In this document: positions 45,586-56,198 of the stretch, piece by piece
Position numbering within the stretch: the first letter of the stretch is position 1
Layout of the letters: the number at the start of each line of letters is the position of its first letter
Assembly: GCA_022510605.1 (NCBI GenBank)
Contig: JAFLTB010000005.1
Location: 254 to 64,253 of the forward strand
DNA: 64,000 nt
Reading direction: 5' to 3'
DNA from: Lachnospiraceae bacterium
Lineage (GTDB): Bacteria; Bacillota; Clostridia; Lachnospirales; Lachnospiraceae
Position numbers and translations under genes: made by a program
Notes under the pieces: generated by a model
What the model was told of the DNA's origin: nothing
Databases searched by the model: none
What the model saw: the letters and a program-made list of their open reading frames with translations, nothing else

Positions 45586-46134
45586 GTGCTGCGGATAATA
45601 ATAGCATTCCCCAGACTGGATGATGCAAAAAAAATAAAAAATGTTTTGAATCGGAATGGATATGATGATATACTGGCATGTAATAGTGCGTCGCAGGCAA
45701 TTGCTGCCGCCAATGAATGTGACGGCAGCATTGTACTGTGCGGTTACCGGCTGGAGGATATGCTCTACAGTGAACTGTATGGTTATCTGCCAAGGGACTG
45801 CCAGATGCTTCTGATTGCTTCGCCGGCCAGGCTGCAGGAGTGTTCCATTAATGGCATTATGTGCCTTTCCCAGCCGATTCACTCCCATGAACTGACATCT
45901 ACCCTGCAGACCATGATGGAGCTGGCAAGGCCAAAGGAGAAGCCGGTAAAGCAGGGGCCAAAGAAGCGTTCCGAAAAGGAACAGAAAACGATTGACGATG
46001 CCAAAAATCTTCTGATGGAAAGAAATCATCTTTCGGAGAGCGAAGCGCATAAATACATCCAGAAACTCAGTATGGACAGTGGAAACAATCTGGTGGAAAC
46101 GGCAGAAATGATTCTGGCATTGGATTGGACATAA
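45586..46134 (+). CDS. ANTAR-domain RNA-binding antiterminator with pseudo-receiver N-domain
   Basis: GTG start after GAGGTG. C-terminal ANTAR helices (IDDAKNLLMERNHLSESEAHKYIQKLSMDSGNNLVETAEMIL). The N-terminal REC-like fold lacks the usual DD pocket and phospho-Asp (IIIAFPRL, SIVLCGYRL). Confidence 0.8.
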   Translation: MLRIIIAFPRLDDAKKIKNVLNRNGYDDILACNSASQAIAAANECDGSIVLCGYRLEDMLYSELYGYLPRDCQMLLIASPARLQECSINGIMCLSQPIHSHELTSTLQTMMELARPKEKPVKQGPKKRSEKEQKTIDDAKNLLMERNHLSESEAHKYIQKLSMDSGNNLVETAEMILALDWT

Positions 46135-46163
46135 TTCCCCCAGTGGGATAGAAGGAGGATACG

Positions 46164-47261
46164 ATGAAGGCATATTTGATACTGGAAGACGGAACGGTGT
46201 TTACCGGTAAAAGTATCGGAAGCACACGGGAGATTATCAGTGAAATTGTATTTAACACCTCCATGACGGGATACCTTGAAGTGCTGACAGACCCCAGTTA
46301 TGCGGGACAGGCAGTGGCGATGACCTATCCTCTCATTGGAAATTATGGTATTTGTAAAAGCGATATGGAGGCGAAGGGCTCAAGTCTGGATGGCTTTATC
46401 GTCCGGGAACTGGCAAGGCTTGGCAGCAATTTCCGCAGTGAGCAAAGCATTCAGGATTTTCTCAAAGAACAGAATATTCCTGGCATTGAGGGAATTGATA
46501 CCCGGGCCCTTACCAAAATTTTACGGGAAAAGGGTACGATGAATGGTATGATTACCACGGCGGAACCATCGACTCGGATGGCCGCCTTGAATAAAATCAA
46601 AGAATAGTCCGTCCGGGGCGTGGTTGACCAGGTAACTGCCAGACAGGTGGTTTCCTACCGCCCCGGCGATTTAGGTACGGATAGCAACATTCCTGTGACA
46701 AAGAAGGTTGCTATTCTTGACGTTGGAACCAAATATAACATTGCCAGATGCCTGTTAAACCGGGGCTGTGAGGTCACCATCTATCCGGCCCGCACCAAAG
46801 CAGAGGACATTCTGGCAGAGAAGCCCGATGGCATTATGCTCACCAACGGGCCGGGAGACCCGAAGGAGTGTAAGGAGGTCATTGAGGAGCTGAAGATTCT
46901 CTATCAGTCTGACGTGCCGATTTTTGCCATCTGTCTGGGACATCAGCTGATGGCATTGGCAAACGGATGTGACACAGAAAAAATGAAGTACGGACACCGG
47001 GGGGCCAACCATCCGGTGAAGGATTTAGCCACCGGCCGGGTTTATATTTCCTCACAAAATCATGGCTATGTGGTAAAGGCAGACACGATACCGCCCGAGG
47101 TGGCAGAGCCCGCTTTTGTCAATGTAAACGACGGTACAATTGAGGGGCTTGCCTATAAAAACAAGAAGATTTTTACGGTTCAGTTCCACCCGGAGGCCTG
47201 TGCCGGGCCGAAGGATTCAGAAGTTTTATTTGAACGTTTTATCCAGATGATGAACGGGTAA
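46164..47261 (+). pseudogene. carA: carbamoyl-phosphate synthase small subunit interrupted by one in-frame TAG (fragments 46164..46607 and 46620..47261)
   Basis: The N-fragment is the CPSase small-chain domain (LEDGTVFTGKS...TYPLIGNYG). The C-fragment is the class-I GATase domain (PIFAICLGHQL, HRGANHPV, VQFHPEA). Both ORFs share one frame (46164 and 46620 are both divisible by 3). TAG at 46605-46607. Confidence 0.8.
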
Positions 47262-47308
47262 TCCAACCTGTGGTTAATAGACAGCAATCAAGAAAAGGGG
47301 AAATCAAT

Positions 47309-50300
47309 ATGCCGAAAATAGAAGGAATCAAAAAAGTATTAGTAATTGGCTCCGGCCCCATTGTCATTGGACAGGCGGCGGAGTTTGACTATGCCGGAAC
47401 CCAGGCCTGCCGTTCCCTGAAGGAAGAGGGTATGGAAGTGGTGTTAATCAATTCCAACCCTGCCACCATTATGACGGACAAGGATATTGCTGACCGGGTC
47501 TACATTGAACCGCTGACGCCGGAAATAGTAAAAAAACTCATTATTAAGGAAAAACCTGACAGCATCCTCCCTACTCTGGGAGGACAGGCTGCCTTAAACA
47601 TTGCCATGGAGCTGGAGGAAGACGGCTTTCTGAAGGAGCAGAAGGTGCGGCTGATTGGAACCACCGCCTTGACCATAAAGAAGGCAGAGGACCGTCTGGA
47701 ATTTAAGGAGACCATGGAAAAAATCGGAGAGCCCATTGCCGCCAGCGTGGTGGTGGAATCCGTGGAGCATGCGGTTTCCTTTGCGGATGAGATTGGCTAT
47801 CCGATAGTCATCCGTCCGGCCTACACTCTGGGAGGAAGCGGCGGCGGTATCGCCAATGACGAAGAGGAACTTCGGGACATTTGCGAGGGAGGCCTGCGTT
47901 TGAGCCGGGTGGGGCAGTGTCTGATTGAGCGCTGTATTGCCGGCTGGAAGGAAATTGAATATGAGGTAATGCGGGATGCCGGAGGCAACTGTATCACCGT
48001 ATGTAACATGGAAAACATTGATCCGGTGGGGGTACATACCGGTGACAGTATTGTAGTGGCTCCTTCCCAGACCCTGGGGGACAAGGAGTATCAGATGCTT
48101 CGCTCCTCCGCTTTAAATATTATTACGGAGTTAAATATCACCGGTGGCTGTAACGTACAGTTTGCCCTGCACCCGGAGAGCTTTGAATACTGTGTTATTG
48201 AAGTAAATCCCCGGGTAAGCCGTTCTTCAGCACTGGCTTCCAAGGCCACCGGCTATCCCATTGCCAAGGTGGCAGCCAAAATTGCTTTGGGCTATACCCT
48301 GGATGAGATTCCCAACGCCATAACCGGCAAAACCTTTGCCAGCTTTGAACCGGCACTGGATTACTGCGTGGTGAAAATTCCGCGTCTGCCCTTTGATAAG
48401 TTTATCAAGGCCAAGCGGACGCTTACCACCCAGATGAAAGCCACCGGTGAGGTTATGAGCATTTGCGATAACTTTGAAGGAGCTCTGATGAAAGCGCTGC
48501 GCTCTTTGGAACAGCACATTGACAGCCTTGACATTGGCCGGTATACCCACCGCTCCAAAGAAGAACTGCTGGAGCGTATCCATATTGTGGATGACCGCCG
48601 GATTTTCGTCATTGCCGAGCTGCTTCGCAAGGGAGCCTCCTATGATGAAATCCACGGCATTACCCGGATTGATAAATGGTTTATTGATAAGATATCCCGG
48701 CTGGTGGAGATGGAGCAGACCCTAAAGACCAAACCGCTGACTCCGGAGATTCTGGCAGAGGCAAAGCGGATGGAATTCCCGGATACTGTCATTGCCGGCT
48801 ATACGGGCATGACGGAAGATAAAGTGCGCCAGATGCGTCTGGAGAATGGCATTGTGGCCGCCTTTAAGATGGTGGATACCTGTGCCGCAGAATTTGAAGC
48901 CTCCACACCGTATTACTACAGTGTCTTTGGCAGTGAGAGCGAGGTAAGTTCTGAGAAGAAGCGCAAGCGTGTCATGGTACTTGGCTCCGGTCCAATCCGG
49001 ATTGGACAGGGCATTGAGTTTGACTTCTGCTCGGTACACAGTGTCTGGTCTCTGGCCCAGAGCGGATATGAGACCATTATTGTCAATAATAATCCGGAGA
49101 CCGTGAGTACGGACTTTGACGTGGCGGATAAGCTGTATTTTGAACCGCTGACGCCGGAGGATGTGGAAAACATTGTGGATGTGGAAAAACCGGACGGTGC
49201 TGTGGTACAGTTCGGCGGCCAGACCGCTATTAAACTTACAGAAGCCCTGTTGAAAATGAGCGTCCCGATTCTCGGTACCAGCGGACAGGATGTGGACCGG
49301 GCGGAGGACAGAGAACTCTTTGATGAGATTTTAGAGGAATGCCAGATTCCACGCCCGGCGGGCCGGACAGTATTTACCACAGAGGAAGCCCTGACCGCCG
49401 CCAATGAACTGGGGTATCCGGTGTTAGTGCGGCCTTCCTATGTCCTGGGTGGACAGGGGATGCAGATTGCCATTAACGATGAGGACATTCGGGAATTCAT
49501 GTCCATCATCAACCGTCATGTCCAGGAGCATCCGATTCTGGTGGATAAGTATCTGATGGGCAAGGAAGTAGAAGTGGATGCAGTCTGCGATGGGGAGGAT
49601 ATTTTAATCCCCGGCATTATGGAGCATGTGGAGAGAGCCGGAATTCACTCAGGAGACAGTATCTCTGTCTATCCGGCCATGAGCATTAAACCGGAGATAC
49701 AGGATGTGCTGGTGGATTACACGGCCAGACTGGCAAAATCCCTTCATGTAATCGGACTGATTAACATTCAGTTTATAGTTTATAATGATGAGGTGTATGT
49801 CATTGAGGTAAATCCGCGTTCCAGCCGCACCGTGCCATATATCAGTAAGGTAACGGGTATTCCTATTGTAAAGCTGGCCTCCCGGGTTATTCTGGGAGAG
49901 AAAATTCGGGCTCTTGGTTACACTCCGGGACTGGCAAAGAAGGCGGATTACATCGCCATTAAGATGCCGGTATTTTCCTTTGAAAAGCTCCGGGGTGCCG
50001 AAATCAGTCTGGGGCCGGAGATGAAATCCACCGGTGAATGTCTGGGTATTGCCAGAGACTTTAACGAAGCCCTGCACAAGGCCTTTATGGGAGCCGGCAT
50101 TAACCTTCCAAAACACCGGAAGATGATATTAACCACCAATGACAACAGCAAGGAAGAAGCAGTGTCTGTGGCAAAGAGATTCCAGGCTCTGGGCTATGAA
50201 ATTTATGCCACAAAAGGGACAGCAAGATATCTGGGCGAACAGGGCATCGAGGTGGTAGGCGTCAATAAAATTGAACAGGAAGCACCGACACTGATGGATT

Positions 50301-50506
50301 TACTGCTGGGTCATGAGATTGACCTGGTGATTGATATTCCAAAACAGGGGGAGCATTCCCACGACGGCTTTTTAATCCGCCGTACCTCCATTGAGACGGG
50401 AGTAACCTGTTTAACCTCCCTTGATACCGCCAATGCCCTTTTGACGGCGCTGGAGGATTCGGATAAGAAGGAAATGACCCTAGTGGATATTGCTACCATC
50501 GGATAA
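47309..50506 (+). CDS. carB: carbamoyl-phosphate synthase large subunit
   Basis: Start trimmed to [30 protein letters not shown]. Duplicated ATP-grasp halves plus an MGS-like C-terminus. Confidence 0.95.
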   Translation: MPKIEGIKKVLVIGSGPIVIGQAAEFDYAGTQACRSLKEEGMEVVLINSNPATIMTDKDIADRVYIEPLTPEIVKKLIIKEKPDSILPTLGGQAALNIAMELEEDGFLKEQKVRLIGTTALTIKKAEDRLEFKETMEKIGEPIAASVVVESVEHAVSFADEIGYPIVIRPAYTLGGSGGGIANDEEELRDICEGGLRLSRVGQCLIERCIAGWKEIEYEVMRDAGGNCITVCNMENIDPVGVHTGDSIVVAPSQTLGDKEYQMLRSSALNIITELNITGGCNVQFALHPESFEYCVIEVNPRVSRSSALASKATGYPIAKVAAKIALGYTLDEIPNAITGKTFASFEPALDYCVVKIPRLPFDKFIKAKRTLTTQMKATGEVMSICDNFEGALMKALRSLEQHIDSLDIGRYTHRSKEELLERIHIVDDRRIFVIAELLRKGASYDEIHGITRIDKWFIDKISRLVEMEQTLKTKPLTPEILAEAKRMEFPDTVIAGYTGMTEDKVRQMRLENGIVAAFKMVDTCAAEFEASTPYYYSVFGSESEVSSEKKRKRVMVLGSGPIRIGQGIEFDFCSVHSVWSLAQSGYETIIVNNNPETVSTDFDVADKLYFEPLTPEDVENIVDVEKPDGAVVQFGGQTAIKLTEALLKMSVPILGTSGQDVDRAEDRELFDEILEECQIPRPAGRTVFTTEEALTAANELGYPVLVRPSYVLGGQGMQIAINDEDIREFMSIINRHVQEHPILVDKYLMGKEVEVDAVCDGEDILIPGIMEHVERAGIHSGDSISVYPAMSIKPEIQDVLVDYTARLAKSLHVIGLINIQFIVYNDEVYVIEVNPRSSRTVPYISKVTGIPIVKLASRVILGEKIRALGYTPGLAKKADYIAIKMPVFSFEKLRGAEISLGPEMKSTGECLGIARDFNEALHKAFMGAGINLPKHRKMILTTNDNSKEEAVSVAKRFQALGYEIYATKGTARYLGEQGIEVVGVNKIEQEAPTLMDLLLGHEIDLVIDIPKQGEHSHDGFLIRRTSIETGVTCLTSLDTANALLTALEDSDKKEMTLVDIATIG

Positions 50507-50531
50507 ACGAAAAAATTTACAAAAGAAAAGA

Positions 50532-50560
50532 TTTACAATCCGGGAAAAATATGCTATTAT
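50532..50560 (+). promoter_or_regulatory. putative sigma-A promoter of rpsO
   Basis: TTTACA (50532-50537), 17 bp with TGC immediately 5' of the -10 hexamer, then TATTAT (50555-50560). Confidence 0.55.
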
Positions 50561-50654
50561 ACAGAAGTTAATAAAATTACCATTGCTCAGGTTTCGGAGG
50601 ACTCCGGCCAAATCTTGGCAAATGGTTGATAAAAAAGAATGGAGGTACATCGTT

Positions 50655-50921
50655 ATGATGACAACAGAAAAGAAAAAAGAAATCATTGCCGCCTATGGAA
50701 GAACCCCGAATGATACCGGTTCACCGGAGGTTCAGGTAGCGCTTTTGACCGAGAGAATCAATACGCTGACTGAGCACTTAAAGGAGAACAAAAAGGACCA
50801 TCATTCCCGCCGCGGTCTGCTCAAGATGGTTGGTAAGAGAAGAGGTCTTTTGGATTACCTGATGAGAACAGACCTTGAAAGTTATCGTGCGTTAATCGAA
50901 AAATTAGGTTTGCGTAAATAA
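50655..50921 (+). CDS. rpsO: 30S ribosomal protein S15
   Basis: Start trimmed to [11 protein letters not shown] (GGAGG 9 nt upstream). [14 protein letters not shown]...[14 protein letters not shown]. Confidence 0.93.
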   Translation: MMTTEKKKEIIAAYGRTPNDTGSPEVQVALLTERINTLTEHLKENKKDHHSRRGLLKMVGKRRGLLDYLMRTDLESYRALIEKLGLRK

Positions 50922-51059
50922 TACGGCCGCTTTGCGGCGCAGAATGCTTCCGTATCCAGATATGGGAGCATTCTTCATATAGCATGATGGCGCAGGACGA
51001 AACAGGGTTTAACCTACACCATCGTGGGAGTATCACAGAATACGAGGAGCAATAGAAAC

Positions 51060-51518
51060 ATGAAACGAAACCGAAGTCAGGCAGTTGTGTGCCGAGAAGG
51101 CAGGCTGCTGCTGGTAGAGCACATCATGAAGGGAAGGGATTTTTTCAATCTTCCCGGTGGCGGAATTGAAGAGGGAGAGACGCCGGAGGAAGCTGCTCTG
51201 CGGGAACTGAAGGAGGAAACCGGTGTAACCGGGAAAATTCTCCGGCCCCTGGCCATCGAATACAAGCCGGACCTGGAGAGCCGGATTTTTACCTTTTTAG
51301 TGGAAATTCCAGAGGAGGCAGTGGCGGTGAAGGGCATAGACCCGGAAATGTCGGAGGAGGAGCAGACCATTATCGGGGTTTCCTGGCTGACTCTGAAAGA
51401 GATTCCGGAAAGAGACCGGGCGTATCTTTTTGGTGCCGGACTTATGAGGGTGCCGGAATTTCACGATGAGGTTCTGACATGGAAGGATGATGACATCAGT
51501 TATCCCTCCGCCGAATAA
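51060..51518 (+). CDS. NUDIX hydrolase
   Basis: Nudix box GGGIEEGETPEEAALRELKEETGV. Start trimmed to MKRNRSQAVV. Confidence 0.8.
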   Translation: MKRNRSQAVVCREGRLLLVEHIMKGRDFFNLPGGGIEEGETPEEAALRELKEETGVTGKILRPLAIEYKPDLESRIFTFLVEIPEEAVAVKGIDPEMSEEEQTIIGVSWLTLKEIPERDRAYLFGAGLMRVPEFHDEVLTWKDDDISYPSAE

Positions 51519-51653
51519 TTGCTTGACTTTCCGTATTTTGTTAATAAATTGTATCTTGTGTAAAAAGGACTTGCCGCTAAAAGCGGCAATGTCAATATGC
51601 ACTAGAATCGCATCGGGAAAACGAGTTTTCCCATGGCGATTCCTGTGCATATT

Positions 51654-51684
51654 CACTCATCACAAAGTGTGATGAGTGCTTTTT
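51654..51684 (+). terminator. intrinsic terminator downstream of the NUDIX gene
   Basis: CACTCATCACA / TGTGATGAGTG forms a perfect 11-bp stem with a 3-nt loop, followed by CTTTTT. Confidence 0.7.
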
Positions 51685-51700
51685 ACACATAGAATTAAAA
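51668..51700 (+). repeat. 33-nt intergenic repeat, copy B
   Basis: TGTGATGAGTGCTTTTTACACATAGAATTAAAA matches 36466-36498 at 30 of 33 positions. Here it supplies the 3' arm and U-tract of the terminator. Confidence 0.8.
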
Positions 51701-51727
51701 GTACGGAAACGGAAGCAAATATTGAAT

Positions 51728-51756
51728 TTGCAATTTACACAGGAATCGTGTATAAT
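51728..51756 (+). promoter_or_regulatory. putative sigma-A promoter of pnp
   Basis: TTGCAA (51728-51733), 17 bp, TATAAT (51751-51756). Confidence 0.5.
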
Positions 51757-51866
51757 AAAAAAGTATGTAAACAACGGAGATAGAACCGGGACTTCTGAAA
51801 AGCACATTCACCGAGTGTGTTTTTCAGATGTTTCGGTATCTCCGAATAAAGCAAAGGAGACATAAT

Positions 51867-53960
51867 ATGTATAAGACTTTTAGTATGGAACTTGCCGGCA
51901 GAACCCTGTCTGTGGATATCGGACGTGTGGCTGCCCAGGCAAACGGCGCTGCTTTTATGCGCTATGGAAATACCGTTGTATTATCCACCGCAACGGCTTC
52001 GGAAAAGCCAAGAGAGGGCATTGACTTTTTCCCGCTCAGTGTGGAATTTCATGAAAAGATGTATTCCGTGGGAAGAATCCCGGGAGGCTTTACCAGACGT
52101 GAGGGCAAGCCATCCGATAATGCCGTACTGACCTGCCGTGTCATTGACCGTCCGATGCGTCCGCTGTTTCCGAAGGATTACCGCAACGACGTAACGTTGG
52201 AAAATCTGGTTATGAATGTGGATCAGGATTGCAGTCCGGAGCTTTTGGCGATGCTTGGCTCTGCACTGGCCACCAGTATTTCCGATATTCCTTTTGACGG
52301 TCCGACGGCGGCTACCCAGGTAGGACTGGTGGATGGCGAACTGGTATATAATCCTACCAGTGCCCAGAGAGAGGTATCAGACCTGGCCCTGACTGTGGCT
52401 TCTACCAGGGACAAGGTTATCATGATTGAGGCGGGTGCCAACGAGGTGGATGAAGATACTATGATTCAGGCCATCTATGGCGCCCATGAAATCAATGGAC
52501 AGATTATTGAATTTTTTGATAAAATCGTAGCGGAATGTGGAAAGGAAAAGCATGAATACGAGCATTTTGACATTCCGGAGGACATGTTCCAGGATATGGT
52601 GAACTTTGTTACGCCAGAGGCCATGGAAGAAGCAGTCTTTACCGATGTAAAACAGGTGCGCGAGGAAAATATCCGCAAGATTAAAGACCAGTTAGAGGAG
52701 CGTTATGCAGAAGAACATGAGGACTGGCTGGCATTCATTGACGAGGCCGTTTATAAGTTCCAGAAAGTGACGGTCCGCAAGATGATTCTGAAGGACCAGA
52801 AGCGTCCGGACGGACGGGAAGTAAAGCAGATTCGTCCTCTGCACGCCGAAGTGGATGTTCTGCCTACAGTACACGGCTCCGGTTTATTCTCCCGTGGACA
52901 GACCCAGGTGTTGACGGTTACCACACTGGCTCCGTTGTCTGAAAAACAGAAATTAGATGGACTGGACGAAAGCAAAACAAGCAAACGTTATATTCACCAT
53001 TACAATTTCCCATCCTGGTCGGTGGGCGAGACAAGACCTTCCAGAGGACCGGGACGCCGTGAAATTGGACATGGTGCGCTGGCAGAAAGAGCTCTTTTGC
53101 CGGTCATTCCAAGTGAGGAGGAATTCCCTTATACCATCCGTACCGTATCGGAGATTTTGGAATCCAATGGCTCCACTTCCCAGGGAAGTATCTGTGCCTC
53201 CACGCTGTCTCTGATGGCTTCGGGTGTTCCGATTAAGGCGCCGGTTGCCGGTATTTCCGTTGGCCTGGTAACAGGGGAGACCGATGATGATTATCTGATT
53301 CTCACGGATATTCAGGGATTGGAGGACTTCTTTGGAGACATGGACTTTAAGGTGGCCGGTACCCATAAAGGTATCACTGCCATCCAGATGGATATTAAGA
53401 TTCACGGTCTGACAAGAGAGATTGTGGAGCAGGCCATTTTCCGTACCAAAGAGGCCAGAGAGTATATTCTGGATGAAGTTATGGCAAAGGCTATTGCGGA
53501 GCCGAGAAAGGAAATCAGTCCATATGCGCCTAAGATTAAGCAGATTATGATTGACCCAACTAAGATTGGCGATGTGGTAGGCCAGAGAGGTAAGACCATT
53601 AATGCTCTGATTGAGCGTACCGGTGTTAAAATTGATATTACCGATGATGGCGCTGTATCGATTTGTGGTACAGATAAGGCGGCTATGGAAGAAGCCATCC
53701 GCCTGATTGAAATCATCGTGACAGACTTTGAAAAGGGACAGATTTTAGAAGGAAACGTTGTCAGTATTAAGGACTTCGGTGCTTTCATCGAATTTGCTCC
53801 GGGCAAGGAAGGTATGGTTCATATTTCCAATATTGCCAAACGCCGTATCAACCATGTGGAGGATGAACTCACCCTGGGAGACAAGGTGAAGGTAGTTTGT
53901 CTTGGCAAGGATAAAATGGGACGTATCAGTTTCAGCATTAAGGACGTACCGACAGAGTAA
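51867..53960 (+). CDS. pnp: polyribonucleotide nucleotidyltransferase (PNPase)
   Basis: Start trimmed to [14 protein letters not shown] (AAAGGAGA upstream). Two RNase PH domains, then KH ([12 protein letters not shown]) and S1 ([15 protein letters not shown]). Confidence 0.95.
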   Translation: MYKTFSMELAGRTLSVDIGRVAAQANGAAFMRYGNTVVLSTATASEKPREGIDFFPLSVEFHEKMYSVGRIPGGFTRREGKPSDNAVLTCRVIDRPMRPLFPKDYRNDVTLENLVMNVDQDCSPELLAMLGSALATSISDIPFDGPTAATQVGLVDGELVYNPTSAQREVSDLALTVASTRDKVIMIEAGANEVDEDTMIQAIYGAHEINGQIIEFFDKIVAECGKEKHEYEHFDIPEDMFQDMVNFVTPEAMEEAVFTDVKQVREENIRKIKDQLEERYAEEHEDWLAFIDEAVYKFQKVTVRKMILKDQKRPDGREVKQIRPLHAEVDVLPTVHGSGLFSRGQTQVLTVTTLAPLSEKQKLDGLDESKTSKRYIHHYNFPSWSVGETRPSRGPGRREIGHGALAERALLPVIPSEEEFPYTIRTVSEILESNGSTSQGSICASTLSLMASGVPIKAPVAGISVGLVTGETDDDYLILTDIQGLEDFFGDMDFKVAGTHKGITAIQMDIKIHGLTREIVEQAIFRTKEAREYILDEVMAKAIAEPRKEISPYAPKIKQIMIDPTKIGDVVGQRGKTINALIERTGVKIDITDDGAVSICGTDKAAMEEAIRLIEIIVTDFEKGQILEGNVVSIKDFGAFIEFAPGKEGMVHISNIAKRRINHVEDELTLGDKVKVVCLGKDKMGRISFSIKDVPTE

Positions 53961-53971
53961 AAGTTCAATGC

Positions 53972-54062
53972 AGAATCATTACCCCCTTCACTACATATCT
54001 GCGTCATTCCAGCGGGGTTATATTCCTGGTGTGGCCGTAGGAAGGGGGGATGATTCTTTTTT
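53972..54062 (+). terminator. long-range stem plus T-tract after pnp
   Basis: AGAATCATTACCCCCTTC (53972-53989) pairs with GAAGGGGGGATGATTCT (54041-54057, one bulge) across a ~50-nt insert, followed by TTTTTT. Confidence 0.45.
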
Positions 54063-54131
54063 GTATGGCAGGTGTTTGTTATCCCGGTTCCATACGGATA
54101 AAGTAAATGCGGAAAAGGCAGGCGAAGGTTT

Positions 54132-54686
54132 TTGGATTACGACAAACTAAAGCAGAATATCATCGATGTGATAACAGAGGAGCAGATTAAACTGGGATAT
54201 CGAAGTGAGAGCATCCGGCTTTACTATCCTCTGTCTTCCTTAAACCGACTGTTGTCCGAAAACATGGATGTCCGCCAGATGAACCAGACTCTGCAGCAAT
54301 TTGCAGAGGAGGCTGGAAACCTGTTCGGTAAAATAGAAACAGGAAATAAAGGGGAGCGGTTCTGCCTTATCATACCGCCAGAGGGCGCTGACTACGTTCA
54401 TGGCCATATGGACAGGGCGGGATTTATCCATGAATTTATCCGGACCATTGAAAAGCACGGCTGTACCATAGAGGAACTTTTACAGATTTTTTACCAGTAC
54501 TCGGACCGGGTTCATGTGGAAAAAACCACCCACGGGGAATTTGATTATCTGGTATATTTTGAGGATGGAGAGCCGGATGCCTTTCGGTACTGCATAACAG
54601 ACGAGGGTGCGCATCTGATCTACCACCGCTTTTCTCCGGAGGATTATGAAGATTTTCATTTTGGGGAAGCGGATAAAAAAGATTAA
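54132..54686 (+). CDS. conserved hypothetical protein (resembles clostridial DUF3877-type proteins; family assignment from memory)
   Basis: 184-aa ORF with a TTG start, no upstream in-frame ATG, and only a weak GAAGG RBS. Confidence 0.5.
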   Translation: MDYDKLKQNIIDVITEEQIKLGYRSESIRLYYPLSSLNRLLSENMDVRQMNQTLQQFAEEAGNLFGKIETGNKGERFCLIIPPEGADYVHGHMDRAGFIHEFIRTIEKHGCTIEELLQIFYQYSDRVHVEKTTHGEFDYLVYFEDGEPDAFRYCITDEGAHLIYHRFSPEDYEDFHFGEADKKD

Positions 54687-54702
54687 GGAAGGGGGAACAT
54701 AA

Positions 54703-55470
54703 ATGAAAGTAGCAATGAACAGTATGGATATTGCGTGGGAGAATAAAAGAGTTAATTCGGAGTGGTGTCAGAAGAGTGTTGCAGAGGCGGCAGAGAATCA
54801 GGCGGATGTAATTTTATTTCCTGAAATGACCCTGACTGGCTTTAGCATGCAGGTGAATAAAATTCAGGATAAGGACGGAGAGAGCGTCCGCTTTTTTTCG
54901 GAACTTGCCAAAGAGTATAACATTGCCATTGGTTTTGGTTATGTGACAAAAAATGGAGAAAAGGGACGGAATCATTTCTGCCTGGTGAACCGGAAGGGAA
55001 AAGTGTTGGAAGATTATGAAAAAATCCATCCCTTTTCCTATGGGGGTGAATCGTCGGCCTACGAGGGGGGAGAGAGGATTTGCCACGCCCGTTTGGAAGA
55101 CCTTACCTGCGGCCTTTTTATCTGTTATGATCTGCGGTTTCCGGAAGCTTTTCAGCAGCTTCCCATGGATACGGATGCCGTATTTATCATTGCCAACTGG
55201 CCAAAAGAAAGGCTGGCTCATTGGTATACACTGCTGATGGCAAGAGCTATTGAGATGCAGTGTTATGTGGTGGGGGTTAACCGGACCGGCGCTGGCGGCG
55301 GTCTGGAATACAGAAAAAGTTCCATTGCGATTGCTCCGGAGGGCATTCCTGTGCCGACGGAACAAAAAGAATGCAATCGTTACGTGGAATTAAGCAAGGA
55401 GGCACGGCGTTCCTATGTCAAGGGATTTCCCACAAGAAAGGACCGGCGTCCAGATATTTATCGTGCATAA
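54703..55470 (+). CDS. carbon-nitrogen hydrolase (nitrilase superfamily)
   Basis: Glu in ILFPEMTLTGF, Lys in YEKIHPF, Cys in LFICYDLRFPE. Confidence 0.8.
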   Translation: MKVAMNSMDIAWENKRVNSEWCQKSVAEAAENQADVILFPEMTLTGFSMQVNKIQDKDGESVRFFSELAKEYNIAIGFGYVTKNGEKGRNHFCLVNRKGKVLEDYEKIHPFSYGGESSAYEGGERICHARLEDLTCGLFICYDLRFPEAFQQLPMDTDAVFIIANWPKERLAHWYTLLMARAIEMQCYVVGVNRTGAGGGLEYRKSSIAIAPEGIPVPTEQKECNRYVELSKEARRSYVKGFPTRKDRRPDIYRA

Positions 55471-55530
55471 AAACAACAGTATTGTCCATACTTTTCATAG
55501 CATAACGGCGTATCAGAAAGGAAGCAGTGT

Positions 55531-56196
55531 ATGGACAACGAAGAAATCAAAGAATATGGCATAACGGAAAATGATGGGATTCAGATGATTTCCATTATCG
55601 GAGAAATCGAAGGGCACGACTGTCTTTCACAGAATGCCAAAACCACAAAATATGAGCATTTGCTGCCGCTTTTAGCACAGAGCGAGCAGAGCAACCGGCT
55701 CAAGGGGATTTTGTTTCTTATTAACACAGTAGGGGGCGATGTTTCCTGCGGCCTGGCGCTGGCGGAAATGATTGCCTCTTTAAGTAAACCAACTGTCTCT
55801 CTGATTTTGGGAGACAGTCATTCCATTGGTGTACCGATGGCGGTGGCCACGGACTATTCTTTTATTGTGCCCTCGGCTACCATGATTATACATCCGGTGC
55901 GCATGAGCGGTATGGTGCTGGGGACGCCACAGACTTACAGCCAGTTTCAGCAGATTCAGGATCGGATTCTGGACTTTATTGCCAGCCACAGCCAGGCAGA
56001 GAAAAAGAAACTGGAAGAACTGATGATGAATACCAGTATGCTATCCAAAGACCTGGGAACGGTTCTGGTGGGAAAGGATGCTGTGGTACAGGGACTGGTT
56101 CAGGAGGTAGGGGGCATTAGCCGGGCCCTTGCCAAATTGCAGAGTATGGTGTCAGAATCAGAAACACAGAATCATTCTATAGAAATGGAGTTTTAG
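55531..56196 (+). CDS. tepA: ClpP-fold serine protease-like protein (TepA-like)
   Basis: [26 protein letters not shown] and [18 protein letters not shown]. Sits directly upstream of ftsK, as is common in Firmicutes. Confidence 0.7.
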   Translation: MDNEEIKEYGITENDGIQMISIIGEIEGHDCLSQNAKTTKYEHLLPLLAQSEQSNRLKGILFLINTVGGDVSCGLALAEMIASLSKPTVSLILGDSHSIGVPMAVATDYSFIVPSATMIIHPVRMSGMVLGTPQTYSQFQQIQDRILDFIASHSQAEKKKLEELMMNTSMLSKDLGTVLVGKDAVVQGLVQEVGGISRALAKLQSMVSESETQNHSIEMEF

Positions 56197-56198
56197 TT

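Noticed and set aside
45219-46173. Antisense ORFs 45219..45731, 45413..45793 and 45514..46173 opposite glnA and the ANTAR gene.
   Set aside because: Their composition is low-complexity (Pro/Arg/His-rich), there is no RBS, and the + strand carries unambiguous GlnA and ANTAR motifs. I cannot judge from sequence whether a regulatory antisense RNA exists here.
46605-46607. The in-frame TAG in carA as pyrrolysine or genetic-code recoding.
   Set aside because: TAG terminates other well-supported genes in the window at their expected ends (galK at 4590, the histidine kinase at 7736). No pyl genes are visible. A point mutation or sequencing error is more parsimonious.
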